Positions 48,147 to 56,860 of a DNA stretch of 64,000 bases are shown here, in pieces (position 1 is the stretch's first letter; each line of letters starts with the position of its first letter). Source of the DNA: Poseidonia sp. (GTDB lineage Archaea; Thermoplasmatota; Poseidoniia; Poseidoniales; Poseidoniaceae); the NCBI GenBank assembly GCA_030827475.1, contig JAUREJ010000003.1, positions 6,648 through 70,647 on the forward strand, in the 5' to 3' direction. The notes below the pieces were generated by a model. It had not been told where the DNA came from. It was given only the letters and a program-made list of their open reading frames with translations, and searched no databases. The translations under genes and the position numbers were made by a program.

Positions 48147-49919
48147 ATGGCGGATGTCTTGGGGCGCACGGTTTTGTCCCGACACCGCTACGCTCGAGTT
48201 TGGGGTTTGGGTGACCGGAAACAACCAAGTTCTCAAACGCCGGGTGTCGTGCTTCTTGAGGGCGACCCGTCGTTGCCGTTGAATTACGCTCCGTTTGAAT
48301 CCACCACCACCGCAACGCTTCCAGCGACCCTCGACCTCCATGCACGGGGCCCGTTTTCGCCTCCTCATTTCACAGAGATTCAGCCCCATTACAGCGTTTC
48401 GATCGGTCACGTCTTGCCCCCCTCCCTTGAAGATGCAAACGCAGGTGAACCTCAGGGCACCAGCGAACTCTTGCCTGTCTCCTGGCAGCGTATGCACCAC
48501 GACGCATCGCTCATTGACGCCACCCTCTCCCCCGAAATTGTGGTCTTGACCGATGCGATCCAACTCGCCAGTCAGCCGGGGAAACTCCCTTCTGCGATCA
48601 TCGCCCTCAAACACCGGTTCCCAGGAGCGCTGCTGTGGGCTCCTGGTCTTGGCGGTCCGGACAACCTTGCTGCTCTTGTTCACATGGGTGTCGATTTGGT
48701 TGACCTTGCCCGTTGTCACCAAGCGGTGGCTCTCGGCATGGTCCTCACCCAAAACGGGCCTCGTCCACCGCTCGCTCACGAAGACACGAACCTTGAGACT
48801 CAAGCCTACCACATGATGAAGGCCATCGATGAAGTTCGCTCTTCCGTCATCAACGGGAGCATCCAAACGCTGGCGGTCCGCTCGTCGTTGTCCAGCCCAC
48901 GCTTGGTTGAGCACCTTCGCAAACACCAGGCACAAAGCTCAGTCCAACCCGGCTTGCTTTCCTCACATGTTGACGCATCGGACGTTCTGGAGTGTTTCTC
49001 GCCCCACATGCTCGACGACCCGGTGGTCATCGACTGGGAACGTTTCATCACAGAGGCGTACACGCCGCCAAATCCGGTTCGTGAGGTGATGATTTTTCTG
49101 CCATGTTCGGCAAGGAAGCCGTATCGCCTCTCCAAATCCCATACCCAGTTTTTGCGAGCCATCCAATCCACGGGTTGTCACGAGGTGATGATGACCTCAC
49201 CGCTTGGTCTCGTCCCTCGCGACTTGGAAGATGTTTGGCCCGCAGCAAATTACGATGTTCCGGTGACCGGGGACTGGTCCAAGGATGAACTTGACAGGGT
49301 ACGACGCATGCTGTCTGCCCTGGTCAAGAAAGGCGGTTACAAACGCATCATCAACCACACAGGGATGGAATTGGATTTCTTGGACATTGACGTGGTTGAC
49401 ACCCGGAACGGTGACGGAGCCACGCATCACGATGCGCTGCAACGTCTCACCTCCGCTGTCAAGGACGCGGTCCAGATGTTTGAACTTCGCAACCAAAAAA
49501 ACAGTTACCGCTTGCTTGAACACTTCAAAAGTATCGCTCGGAAAACCACGGGGACGGATGCATGGCTTGAGGGGGTGAAGGTCAAAGGCAAACTCCCACG
49601 GTGGAAACTTGAGAAAGACGGGGTTCAACTCGCCGTTTGGTCGATTGACCGCAACGGGTTCTCGTTCTCGCGCGCATCCATCGATGTTCTCCATGAACAC
49701 GGTGCGCTCAAAGAAGTGCATCTTCACTCGGACGTGAAATGGAAGGGGGACGTTTTTTTCCAACATGTTTCATCTTTTGACGCTGAAATCCGCTCGGGTG
49801 ATGATGTTCGAGTGCTGCAAAACGGTGAATGCATTGGCCTTGCAAGGTCACTCGCACCGGGTTGGGAATGGTCGGGGACGCCGGGGATGCTGGCCAAGGC
49901 CCATCAACGGAAGAAATAA
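48147..49919 (+). CDS. arcS: archaeosine synthase ArcS (TGT-like N-domain, PC-x3-KPY-x2-S-x2-H motif LPCSARKPYRLSKSH, C-terminal PUA)
   Basis: Signature motif and domain order read directly. Confidence 0.8.
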   Translation: MADVLGRTVLSRHRYARVWGLGDRKQPSSQTPGVVLLEGDPSLPLNYAPFESTTTATLPATLDLHARGPFSPPHFTEIQPHYSVSIGHVLPPSLEDANAGEPQGTSELLPVSWQRMHHDASLIDATLSPEIVVLTDAIQLASQPGKLPSAIIALKHRFPGALLWAPGLGGPDNLAALVHMGVDLVDLARCHQAVALGMVLTQNGPRPPLAHEDTNLETQAYHMMKAIDEVRSSVINGSIQTLAVRSSLSSPRLVEHLRKHQAQSSVQPGLLSSHVDASDVLECFSPHMLDDPVVIDWERFITEAYTPPNPVREVMIFLPCSARKPYRLSKSHTQFLRAIQSTGCHEVMMTSPLGLVPRDLEDVWPAANYDVPVTGDWSKDELDRVRRMLSALVKKGGYKRIINHTGMELDFLDIDVVDTRNGDGATHHDALQRLTSAVKDAVQMFELRNQKNSYRLLEHFKSIARKTTGTDAWLEGVKVKGKLPRWKLEKDGVQLAVWSIDRNGFSFSRASIDVLHEHGALKEVHLHSDVKWKGDVFFQHVSSFDAEIRSGDDVRVLQNGECIGLARSLAPGWEWSGTPGMLAKAHQRKK

Positions 49920-49998
49920 TCCTCCTGAAAGCAACGCCGCTCGTTTGCGGAGTGATTAAGAAGGGGAGATAAGTCGGAAGCCCGCTTGGTGATGTGAA

Positions 49999-50457
49999 AT
50001 GGCACGTATGTACAAGTCCCGACGAGGCCAAAGCGGCTCCTCCCGACCCCACGTTTCCGAGGCACCTTCATGGTCAAACACCGACAAGGATGCCGTTCAG
50101 TCCCTCATTCTTGAAATGGGGAAATCCGGAATGTCCTCCGCAGAGATCGGGACGGTGCTGCGAGACAAGCACGCTGTCCCCGATGTTCGCCTTGTGCTCG
50201 GCAAGCGAATCGGCCAGGTCTTGGCTGAGAACGAAATGGGAGGTTCCTACCCAGAGGACATGATGAACCTGATGCGTCAAGCCGTCGGCATCATCAACCA
50301 TCTCGGTTCGGGCAACCACAAGGACATTCACAACAAGCGAGCGCTTGAAATCACCGAATCCAAGATTCGGAAACTCGCCAACTACTACAAGGGCGAAGGG
50401 CGCCTCCCGGGCGAATGGCGCTACAAGCGGGACGAACTCCGCTTGATGGTCGAGTGA
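49999..50457 (+). CDS. rps15: 30S ribosomal protein uS15 (archaeal S15)
   Basis: MARMYKSRRGQSGS ... NKRALEITESKIRKLANYY. Confidence 0.9.
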   Translation: MARMYKSRRGQSGSSRPHVSEAPSWSNTDKDAVQSLILEMGKSGMSSAEIGTVLRDKHAVPDVRLVLGKRIGQVLAENEMGGSYPEDMMNLMRQAVGIINHLGSGNHKDIHNKRALEITESKIRKLANYYKGEGRLPGEWRYKRDELRLMVE

Positions 50458-50503
50458 CTTCGGCGCTACGCGAAGGACACGTTGATGAGGGGCGACACGC
50501 CCC

Positions 50504-51442
50504 GTGGATTTGTTCAACATGAGAGATTTGTTCTCGGCACCGTTCATTCAACCCGTCTCGGGATTGCTTCATCGGTACCTCGAACGGCTTCAAGCGGCTG
50601 ATGCTCTCCAACTGAGCGCTCCGGCGACCTTGGAGGGTGTGCTTGCACTCGGGCAACTCGAGGGGGCCCTCCTGGATTGTGGCGTCAAGTACAGCCGCCG
50701 ATTCACTGCACCTCGTGAACATGTCCCACGAGATGACTGGGGCCTCCCAGAACCCCCTCAGCAAGGTCTCGGGGTCTTTCTCAATGTCGAAGACGACACG
50801 TGGTCGGCCAGCGATCTTCCCGAGGGGGCTTTGGTAAACATCGTTCCCGTTCAAACCAAGATGGTCTTCGCCTCCAAAAACAAGCCGCACACAGGGGCGC
50901 TTGACCCGGTTCTTCAGGCTGCTGCTTTGGCTGCAGCTCTCGCTCCAAACGGACGACGAGTGCGTTCTTTGCGCCCATTTATCTCGCTTGGTTTGTGGAT
51001 GCGAGGTGCCCTTGACACGAGTTACGACCCCATTCATTCAGCCACGGTCGCTCATCTCCAGGATGAAGGCAGCATACGAACCGTTCCTCTTCCTGAAGTG
51101 GGTGAACCGGTTGTGGACATGATGCCCGGGATGGCTTCCCGCCAACTCAAACGCTTGAGCAAAGCATGGGACGGGATGGACGTCGACCAGCGCACATTGG
51201 CCCTGAGCGAGTTGGTTCTGCCTTGCTTGACCCATCCGAGACTGTCCACACCTCGTCTTGAGGAATTGGTGTGGCACCGGATGGTTCTCAAGGGGCACCC
51301 GCAAGATGTGGTGAGTCAGGCCTATGAGGTGCAAAAATCATGGCCGAAAGAACTCGATGAGGCCCGGCTCTTCGCCTCAAAAACACTCGATTCATGGCTG
51401 CGAACGGGCATGCTGATGTCCTCTGACCAAGCGACGGGTTGA
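50504..51442 (+). CDS. hypothetical cytoplasmic protein (312 aa)
   Basis: ORF only. Confidence 0.45.
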   Translation: MDLFNMRDLFSAPFIQPVSGLLHRYLERLQAADALQLSAPATLEGVLALGQLEGALLDCGVKYSRRFTAPREHVPRDDWGLPEPPQQGLGVFLNVEDDTWSASDLPEGALVNIVPVQTKMVFASKNKPHTGALDPVLQAAALAAALAPNGRRVRSLRPFISLGLWMRGALDTSYDPIHSATVAHLQDEGSIRTVPLPEVGEPVVDMMPGMASRQLKRLSKAWDGMDVDQRTLALSELVLPCLTHPRLSTPRLEELVWHRMVLKGHPQDVVSQAYEVQKSWPKELDEARLFASKTLDSWLRTGMLMSSDQATG

Positions 51443-51449
51443 AGCCACC

Positions 51450-51818
51450 TTGGGCCTTGGGTCAGTCATGGCGATTGAACGGTTGTTGACCGGAAGCATC
51501 CAAAACCAAATCCAAGAGTTGATGTCGACCGAGGATTTGGTCATCGAGGCGTTCCGTGACTTGGTGAAGGATGAACTCAAAGCCCATATCAGGGCAAAGG
51601 TGGACGATGACCCTGACCTGAAGGCCGAAATCAAAGAGGCCGTTGCTTACTATTTCCACTCAAAGGCGCGTAGCATTTACGCAGAGCTGAAAGCCACGAG
51701 AGCTGCAACCCGACTCGGCCTGCGCTTGCTTCCTGATGAACTGCAAGGCGAAGTTGGCGAGGCCTTGGTCACCTTGTTCGAAAAGGAACTCGGAGCCCTC
51801 CTCGAAAAAGCACTTTGA
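51450..51818 (+). CDS. small acidic coiled-coil-like hypothetical protein
   Basis: ORF only. Confidence 0.4.
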   Translation: MGLGSVMAIERLLTGSIQNQIQELMSTEDLVIEAFRDLVKDELKAHIRAKVDDDPDLKAEIKEAVAYYFHSKARSIYAELKATRAATRLGLRLLPDELQGEVGEALVTLFEKELGALLEKAL

Positions 51819-51883
51819 GGCACATCAACTCACCGTGAGGCGTTCATGTTATGTGCCGGTCGTCCGTGGAATGGGCGAGAGCC

Positions 51884-53905
51884 ATGCGTGGTGCCGTCCT
51901 TCTCAGTTCGCTGTTTGTCTTGACAGCGTTGCTGCCGTTGGTGCAAACGGTCGAAGCGGCTGAAACGGAAGACATCCGTGTTTGTTGCGATGCATCCGAA
52001 GTCGAACTCTATCTCTTGGGCAACGATGCCAACAAAAAACTCACGCCGTTCGCCTCAGAACTTGCAGAAGAGGCCCAAACGGTGTCCCTTGAAACCTCGA
52101 TTTCATCTCAAGAAAGTCTCGGCCGATGGGTTCTTCCAGACACGTGGGGCGGGCTCATCCCCACGGCAACTTGGCAGTTCCAGATGAACTACGAGATCAC
52201 AAACGCCGCTGGAGTCCAAATCAACGCAACGGCCACCGTCAATATCGGGTCAAAGAGCTTTAGCGCCCAAACCGACCCAGGCGCATCTTTCCTGCCACAA
52301 GGGACGGGGGTTCTGAGTTTTGACATTGAAGTGGATGAATTGACCACCTCGGGCTCTTCCAACATCGAATTGGAACTCACGGCACAGGCCGTCGTTTTCA
52401 GCGTCCCAGGGGCCGATGCAAAGTTGGAATTTTTGTGGGGTGGTGAAGACGACGCCTCTTCCATTGAGGCAACGATTCCGCTGATGGACATCATGATGCC
52501 CGAGCCAGAAATCGAGGGCTCGGACGTCTACTTGGCGGTCCTTCTTGACTCACCTTGGGGCCTCTCTACCCTTGCCCTTGCCGAATCCATTGACCTCCGT
52601 GTGAACGGGAAAACGGTCAGCGGTGACCCCATTGAGACCGGTTCAAACGACGCCGTGCGCGTGACGTGGACATGGATGGATGCCGCTGGTGGTGAAGAAA
52701 CGATCAACGTTGAAGTTGAGTTGCTTTTCCAACAAGGCAAACCTTCGCTGAAAGGGTCGACTTCCTTTGATATCGAGACGTTTGATTCCGGTGGTGGTAC
52801 GGGCACCTACTATCCGCCCGATGAACCTCTCCGAACCGACGGCAGCGGGAGCGAATTGGACGTGGAGATGAACATCGCTTTGAGCAACGATGGGAACGGT
52901 TTACTCCTTGAACGTATCACCAGTTTGACGATCGATGATGAGTTGGCTTTCTGGATGCGGTGGGGAATGGACCACATCGGTGATGACAACCCTGCCCTCT
53001 CTTCCATGCTTCGTGCGTTTTCAGCCGGCCCGGTAACTGACGATGACCGTGTAAGCCGGTTCATTGAGGACGTTGAACTCGCTGAGTTTGAACGGCAGAT
53101 GATTTCCTTGGGGCCGATGTACCTCAACGCTGGATTGGGCCTTGAGACCGAAGAATTGCTCGGTGATTTCCGAGAGTTCAACGAAGTCAGAATCGAGGTT
53201 GACCTCAACGGAGAAAACGCCGTCATCAATCACCCCGTTACCTTGCGATTCTCCACGACACAACTCATCACGGACGGGGTGCGTTTTGACCTCCTTCGAA
53301 ATTTCGTGGTGGTGCAACCCGCACCGCTTTGGAGTGGAATCGACATTGAAGTTACGGCAACCTCCAATTCCATGACGGCGCTGAGCAGCAGCATTCTACG
53401 CGAATCCGATGCGTTCGAATTCTCGGTGGTTCGTTTTCCTTGGGGCGACCGAATATCGTTGAGCGGAGATGGCATTGAACAGGGTGAAAAATTCACGTTG
53501 GCCACCCTACCGACCTCTTCCATCGCTTTTGCACCGCTTTCCCTGACGGCGCTGACGATTGCAGCTCTCTTCGCCTCCTTCGTCATTGGGTTGCGCTTGA
53601 CGCGTCAGCGGCGACGGACCTACCTCTATCTCGAACTCGTCCTCGTTCCCGTGGCACTGATGGTGACCATCTTCGGGTATCCTCCACTGTTCATCGGCAT
53701 TGCCTTGGGCGTCGTTTCCTTCGTGTGGTGGGTCACGGCCATTGCCAGTCCTCGGATGATTGGCGGCCGTCCTCCTCGCTCTCAGCAGGTGCATCCGACG
53801 GTGCCGTGTCCGGCCTGCCATACCGTAAATGCGGTTACCACAACGGAACGACCCCATCGCTTTGCCTGCAAAGGATGTCAGCGGACCATCAAATTGGTTG
53901 CTTGA
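51884..53905 (+). CDS. secreted protein with signal peptide (MRGAVLLSSLFVLTALLPLVQTVEAAE), large extracellular domain, 2-3 C-terminal TM helices and cytoplasmic zinc-ribbon (CPACH...CKGCQ)
   Basis: Topology and Cys motif. Confidence 0.6.
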   Translation: MRGAVLLSSLFVLTALLPLVQTVEAAETEDIRVCCDASEVELYLLGNDANKKLTPFASELAEEAQTVSLETSISSQESLGRWVLPDTWGGLIPTATWQFQMNYEITNAAGVQINATATVNIGSKSFSAQTDPGASFLPQGTGVLSFDIEVDELTTSGSSNIELELTAQAVVFSVPGADAKLEFLWGGEDDASSIEATIPLMDIMMPEPEIEGSDVYLAVLLDSPWGLSTLALAESIDLRVNGKTVSGDPIETGSNDAVRVTWTWMDAAGGEETINVEVELLFQQGKPSLKGSTSFDIETFDSGGGTGTYYPPDEPLRTDGSGSELDVEMNIALSNDGNGLLLERITSLTIDDELAFWMRWGMDHIGDDNPALSSMLRAFSAGPVTDDDRVSRFIEDVELAEFERQMISLGPMYLNAGLGLETEELLGDFREFNEVRIEVDLNGENAVINHPVTLRFSTTQLITDGVRFDLLRNFVVVQPAPLWSGIDIEVTATSNSMTALSSSILRESDAFEFSVVRFPWGDRISLSGDGIEQGEKFTLATLPTSSIAFAPLSLTALTIAALFASFVIGLRLTRQRRRTYLYLELVLVPVALMVTIFGYPPLFIGIALGVVSFVWWVTAIASPRMIGGRPPRSQQVHPTVPCPACHTVNAVTTTERPHRFACKGCQRTIKLVA

Positions 53906-54316
53906 TCACAATCTCAAATCTTTGAGGTTCTTCACGAGTTGAACCGCTTCTTGATAGTCGCCCGGCGAAAAATAGCCGATGAATTCGTCGTTATCGTCCA
54001 CCGCTACTACCGCTTGTGGGCTACGTGCCTGCACATCCGCAAGAACGGCTTTCAGGTCGTCATCCAAACGGACGGTCATCAAATCCATCTCCATGTGTTC
54101 GTGGCATCGATCAGCGGTAGCATCAACGCCATCGGCCAAGGCTTTGACCAGTTGCCGTTGTCCAAGAACCCCTTGGACCCGGTTTTCATCGTTCAAGACC
54201 ACCAAGATCCCGCCAGGGACGGTCAGCAACCGCTTCGCAGCTTCCTGAACCGTATCGTCGCTACCGATGGTCATGTGTTCGTCGTCAAGCGTGAGGTCCC
54301 GCACGGTTTTGCCCAT
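53906..54316 (-). CDS. CBS-domain pair protein
   Basis: Two CBS-like repeats; start at MGKTVRDL. Confidence 0.7.
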   Translation of the reverse strand: MGKTVRDLTLDDEHMTIGSDDTVQEAAKRLLTVPGGILVVLNDENRVQGVLGQRQLVKALADGVDATADRCHEHMEMDLMTVRLDDDLKAVLADVQARSPQAVVAVDDNDEFIGYFSPGDYQEAVQLVKNLKDLRL

Positions 54317-54353
54317 GCCACGCGACAGGCGTTGGGCTCTTTGTAGGTTGGGC

Positions 54354-56081
54354 TCAGGGTTCGTCCGTTGTTTCATGGCACACCATCAGGCTACCGTCGT
54401 CCATGACACGGGCGTAGCCGATTCGTTCCAACTGAACGATGGTTCCTGCTTCGTGCGTGTGGTGCTCAAGTTGACCGCTGATTCGTTGAATCTGGTTATT
54501 CTTCGTTTCCAAGAGAATTCCTTCGCTGGCGTGAGAAGCAGGCAACCAGTGGATCACCGGATGCGAATGGTGGCGCTCGATGGACGTGATGCGGGCTTCA
54601 TTGTCGTGGAGTTCCACATCGGCGAATTCCTTCAAACGGACATCCATTTTTTCTATGTCATCGGCCTCAAGCCAAACTGCATTTTCGCTAAATTTCCAAG
54701 TTCGCCATCCCATCGTTTGGTGGTTGGGGTGAACCGGGACCTTGACCTCGGTTGGATGTTCACCTTCAAGTTTGAAGGCCACGGCATTCCTTACGAAAGA
54801 AAGACGTGGTGCGTCGTCGTCAACCGCTTTCGTGTTGTGTGCGTAAAGGGTCGCCAACGGTACGGAAATGTCTTTTTGTGTGATGCCGAGTTCAAGCCAA
54901 AATTGTTCGAGAGCCTTGGCTTGGATGCCTCGGTCCTTGAGCGCCGAAAGCGTGGGAAGCCTTGGGTCGTTCCACCCATCGTAACGACCTGCTTCAATGT
55001 CCTTGCGCATCTGTGAGGTGGAAAAACCACCCCATTCGTGGACCTTGACTCTTCCCCAATACAAGGTTTCGGGGTATTTCCACCCGAAGTGTTCGTAAAG
55101 CAAGGTTTGCTTTCGGGTGGAGTCCATCAAATCCTTCCCTCGCACGATGTGCGTGACGCCCTGGAGATGGTCCTCCACTGCACTTTGGAAGTCCAAGAGG
55201 GGCCAAACGTCGTAGGTCGACCCAACTTCTGGTCGAGGATGAGGGTGGGCCTTCGTGTCTTGTATCCTCAATGCAGGCCAATCCCTTAACGCCGGATTCT
55301 TCAGATCCATTTCGGTTTTCACCCGAACAACTGCATCTCCGGGCTTGTATGCGCCTTTCAGCATGCCTTTCCACAGGGTCAGGTTGTCCGAAGGGCTCTG
55401 ATCTCGGCACGGGCAATTCGTCTTCGCTTGTCGGTGTTCTCTGAACGCGTCAGCCGAGCAACGGCAAACGTAGCCGAATCCATTCTCCAACATTTGCTCA
55501 GCGTGTTTGTAATAGTGCTCCAATCGGTCGGATGCGATGACCACCCGGTCCGGTGCCCGCCCTGTCAACCAAGTCGCCTCTTCCACGATTTGTTCGTAAG
55601 CCTCCAACATGGGCGGCTTGACTTTCGTGTCCGTATCGTCAAAGCGGAGAATGAAGACACCATCGTACATTTCCCGGTAGGTGTTGTTGATGACAAGACC
55701 ACGAGCATGGCCGAAGGACAACGGACCGTTCGGATTGGGTGCAAAACGCAGAACAACCTCACCTTGGGTCGCGTTGGTGAGTTCTGTTAGGCCTTCTTTT
55801 CGTGGCTTCGTTGACCGCTTTTCCAGCAGATGAGGTGCTTCGTTTTCGAGAATGGAACGAAGGTGATCCAATCCTCTTGTTTCTGCGAGTTGGTTGGCCT
55901 CCGAAACCCGTTGAGCGACCAACCCGTTGACGGCCTTTCCGTGGGGCCGAAGATCGCTTCGTGTTGCCATGATGCGTCCAATCACGGAACCCACGGCCGC
56001 CTTTCCTTCATACTCCAGAGCGTTTTGGATGGCCAAGTGGCGGATGACGGCCTCCGTTGCTTCATCGGGTTTCCAATCCAT
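54354..56081 (-). CDS. gltX: glutamyl-tRNA synthetase, archaeal/eukaryotic type
   Basis: LRFAPNPNGPLSFGHARG (HIGH-type) and conserved archaeal GluRS N-terminus. Confidence 0.88.
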   Translation of the reverse strand: MDWKPDEATEAVIRHLAIQNALEYEGKAAVGSVIGRIMATRSDLRPHGKAVNGLVAQRVSEANQLAETRGLDHLRSILENEAPHLLEKRSTKPRKEGLTELTNATQGEVVLRFAPNPNGPLSFGHARGLVINNTYREMYDGVFILRFDDTDTKVKPPMLEAYEQIVEEATWLTGRAPDRVVIASDRLEHYYKHAEQMLENGFGYVCRCSADAFREHRQAKTNCPCRDQSPSDNLTLWKGMLKGAYKPGDAVVRVKTEMDLKNPALRDWPALRIQDTKAHPHPRPEVGSTYDVWPLLDFQSAVEDHLQGVTHIVRGKDLMDSTRKQTLLYEHFGWKYPETLYWGRVKVHEWGGFSTSQMRKDIEAGRYDGWNDPRLPTLSALKDRGIQAKALEQFWLELGITQKDISVPLATLYAHNTKAVDDDAPRLSFVRNAVAFKLEGEHPTEVKVPVHPNHQTMGWRTWKFSENAVWLEADDIEKMDVRLKEFADVELHDNEARITSIERHHSHPVIHWLPASHASEGILLETKNNQIQRISGQLEHHTHEAGTIVQLERIGYARVMDDGSLMVCHETTDEP

Positions 56082-56110
56082 GCCGTTCACTCCTGCGTGG
56101 TGCCGCCCCT

Positions 56111-56860
56111 TCAAGTAATGCGTGGGCGGGTGTCATCAAACAACGTTCGCTGGTGGGTCTGAGGTTTCCCCCGTACGGGAACATGACCTGCTCGGTTCGT
56201 TTCCCAAAACCGCTTGACTGTCGCCCACCCCCAGCGGAGATCAACATCAAGACCGGTTTGAGGGCAGAGGTCGGGAAGCGCGCGTTGCGTTGTGGGGTCG
56301 CTTGGATACCCCGAGCCGATTGCGAAACCAAGCCGTTCTTCGATGGCATTGACGGCACGTTCTCTCGCTTCTTTTGCGAGGATGCTGGCCATGCTTACGA
56401 CGACATGCCGTTCGTCGGCTTTGTGCTCTGCTCGTACCGTTGAGTTCGTCCAGGGCCAATCCGGTAAACCGTCCACAATGCGTCGAGCGAAGCGTTCGCT
56501 GTTCACATCGCACGCATCCGCCATGACAGAAAGGTCTGAGCGTTGCGGCAGCAAAAGCAGTGCTTCTTGAAATCCTTGTACTTCGAGAAGATTGAGACTT
56601 ATTTCTCGCATGGCGAGGTCGATTCGCTCAGCAGAAAGGGTGATGACTCCACCAAACCATCCGCGCTCCTCGCTTTCTTTGGTGAACCAGTCTTCAAGTT
56701 CCCGCCTTTTTTTGGGCGAGAGGTCTTTGGAATCGCGAACTCCTTGTTCTTTTAATAAGGCAAGATCGCCCTCTGGGATTGCACATACACCTACCATGAG
56801 AGGTCCGAGAACCGGGCCTCTACCGGCCTCGTCCACGCCTACATGCCAGTTCATGCTCAA
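56111..56860 (-). CDS. rnhB: ribonuclease HII
   Basis: HVGVDEAGRGPVLGPLMVGV. Confidence 0.88.
   Translation of the reverse strand: MSMNWHVGVDEAGRGPVLGPLMVGVCAIPEGDLALLKEQGVRDSKDLSPKKRRELEDWFTKESEERGWFGGVITLSAERIDLAMREISLNLLEVQGFQEALLLLPQRSDLSVMADACDVNSERFARRIVDGLPDWPWTNSTVRAEHKADERHVVVSMASILAKEARERAVNAIEERLGFAIGSGYPSDPTTQRALPDLCPQTGLDVDLRWGWATVKRFWETNRAGHVPVRGKPQTHQRTLFDDTRPRIT

Noticed and set aside
56111-56114. gltX start at the upstream Met (56114) giving an ATGA-type overlap with rnhB
   Set aside because: Conserved archaeal GluRS N-terminus begins about 11 aa before AVIRHLAIQNAL; the Met at 56081 fits better. The upstream Met remains possible
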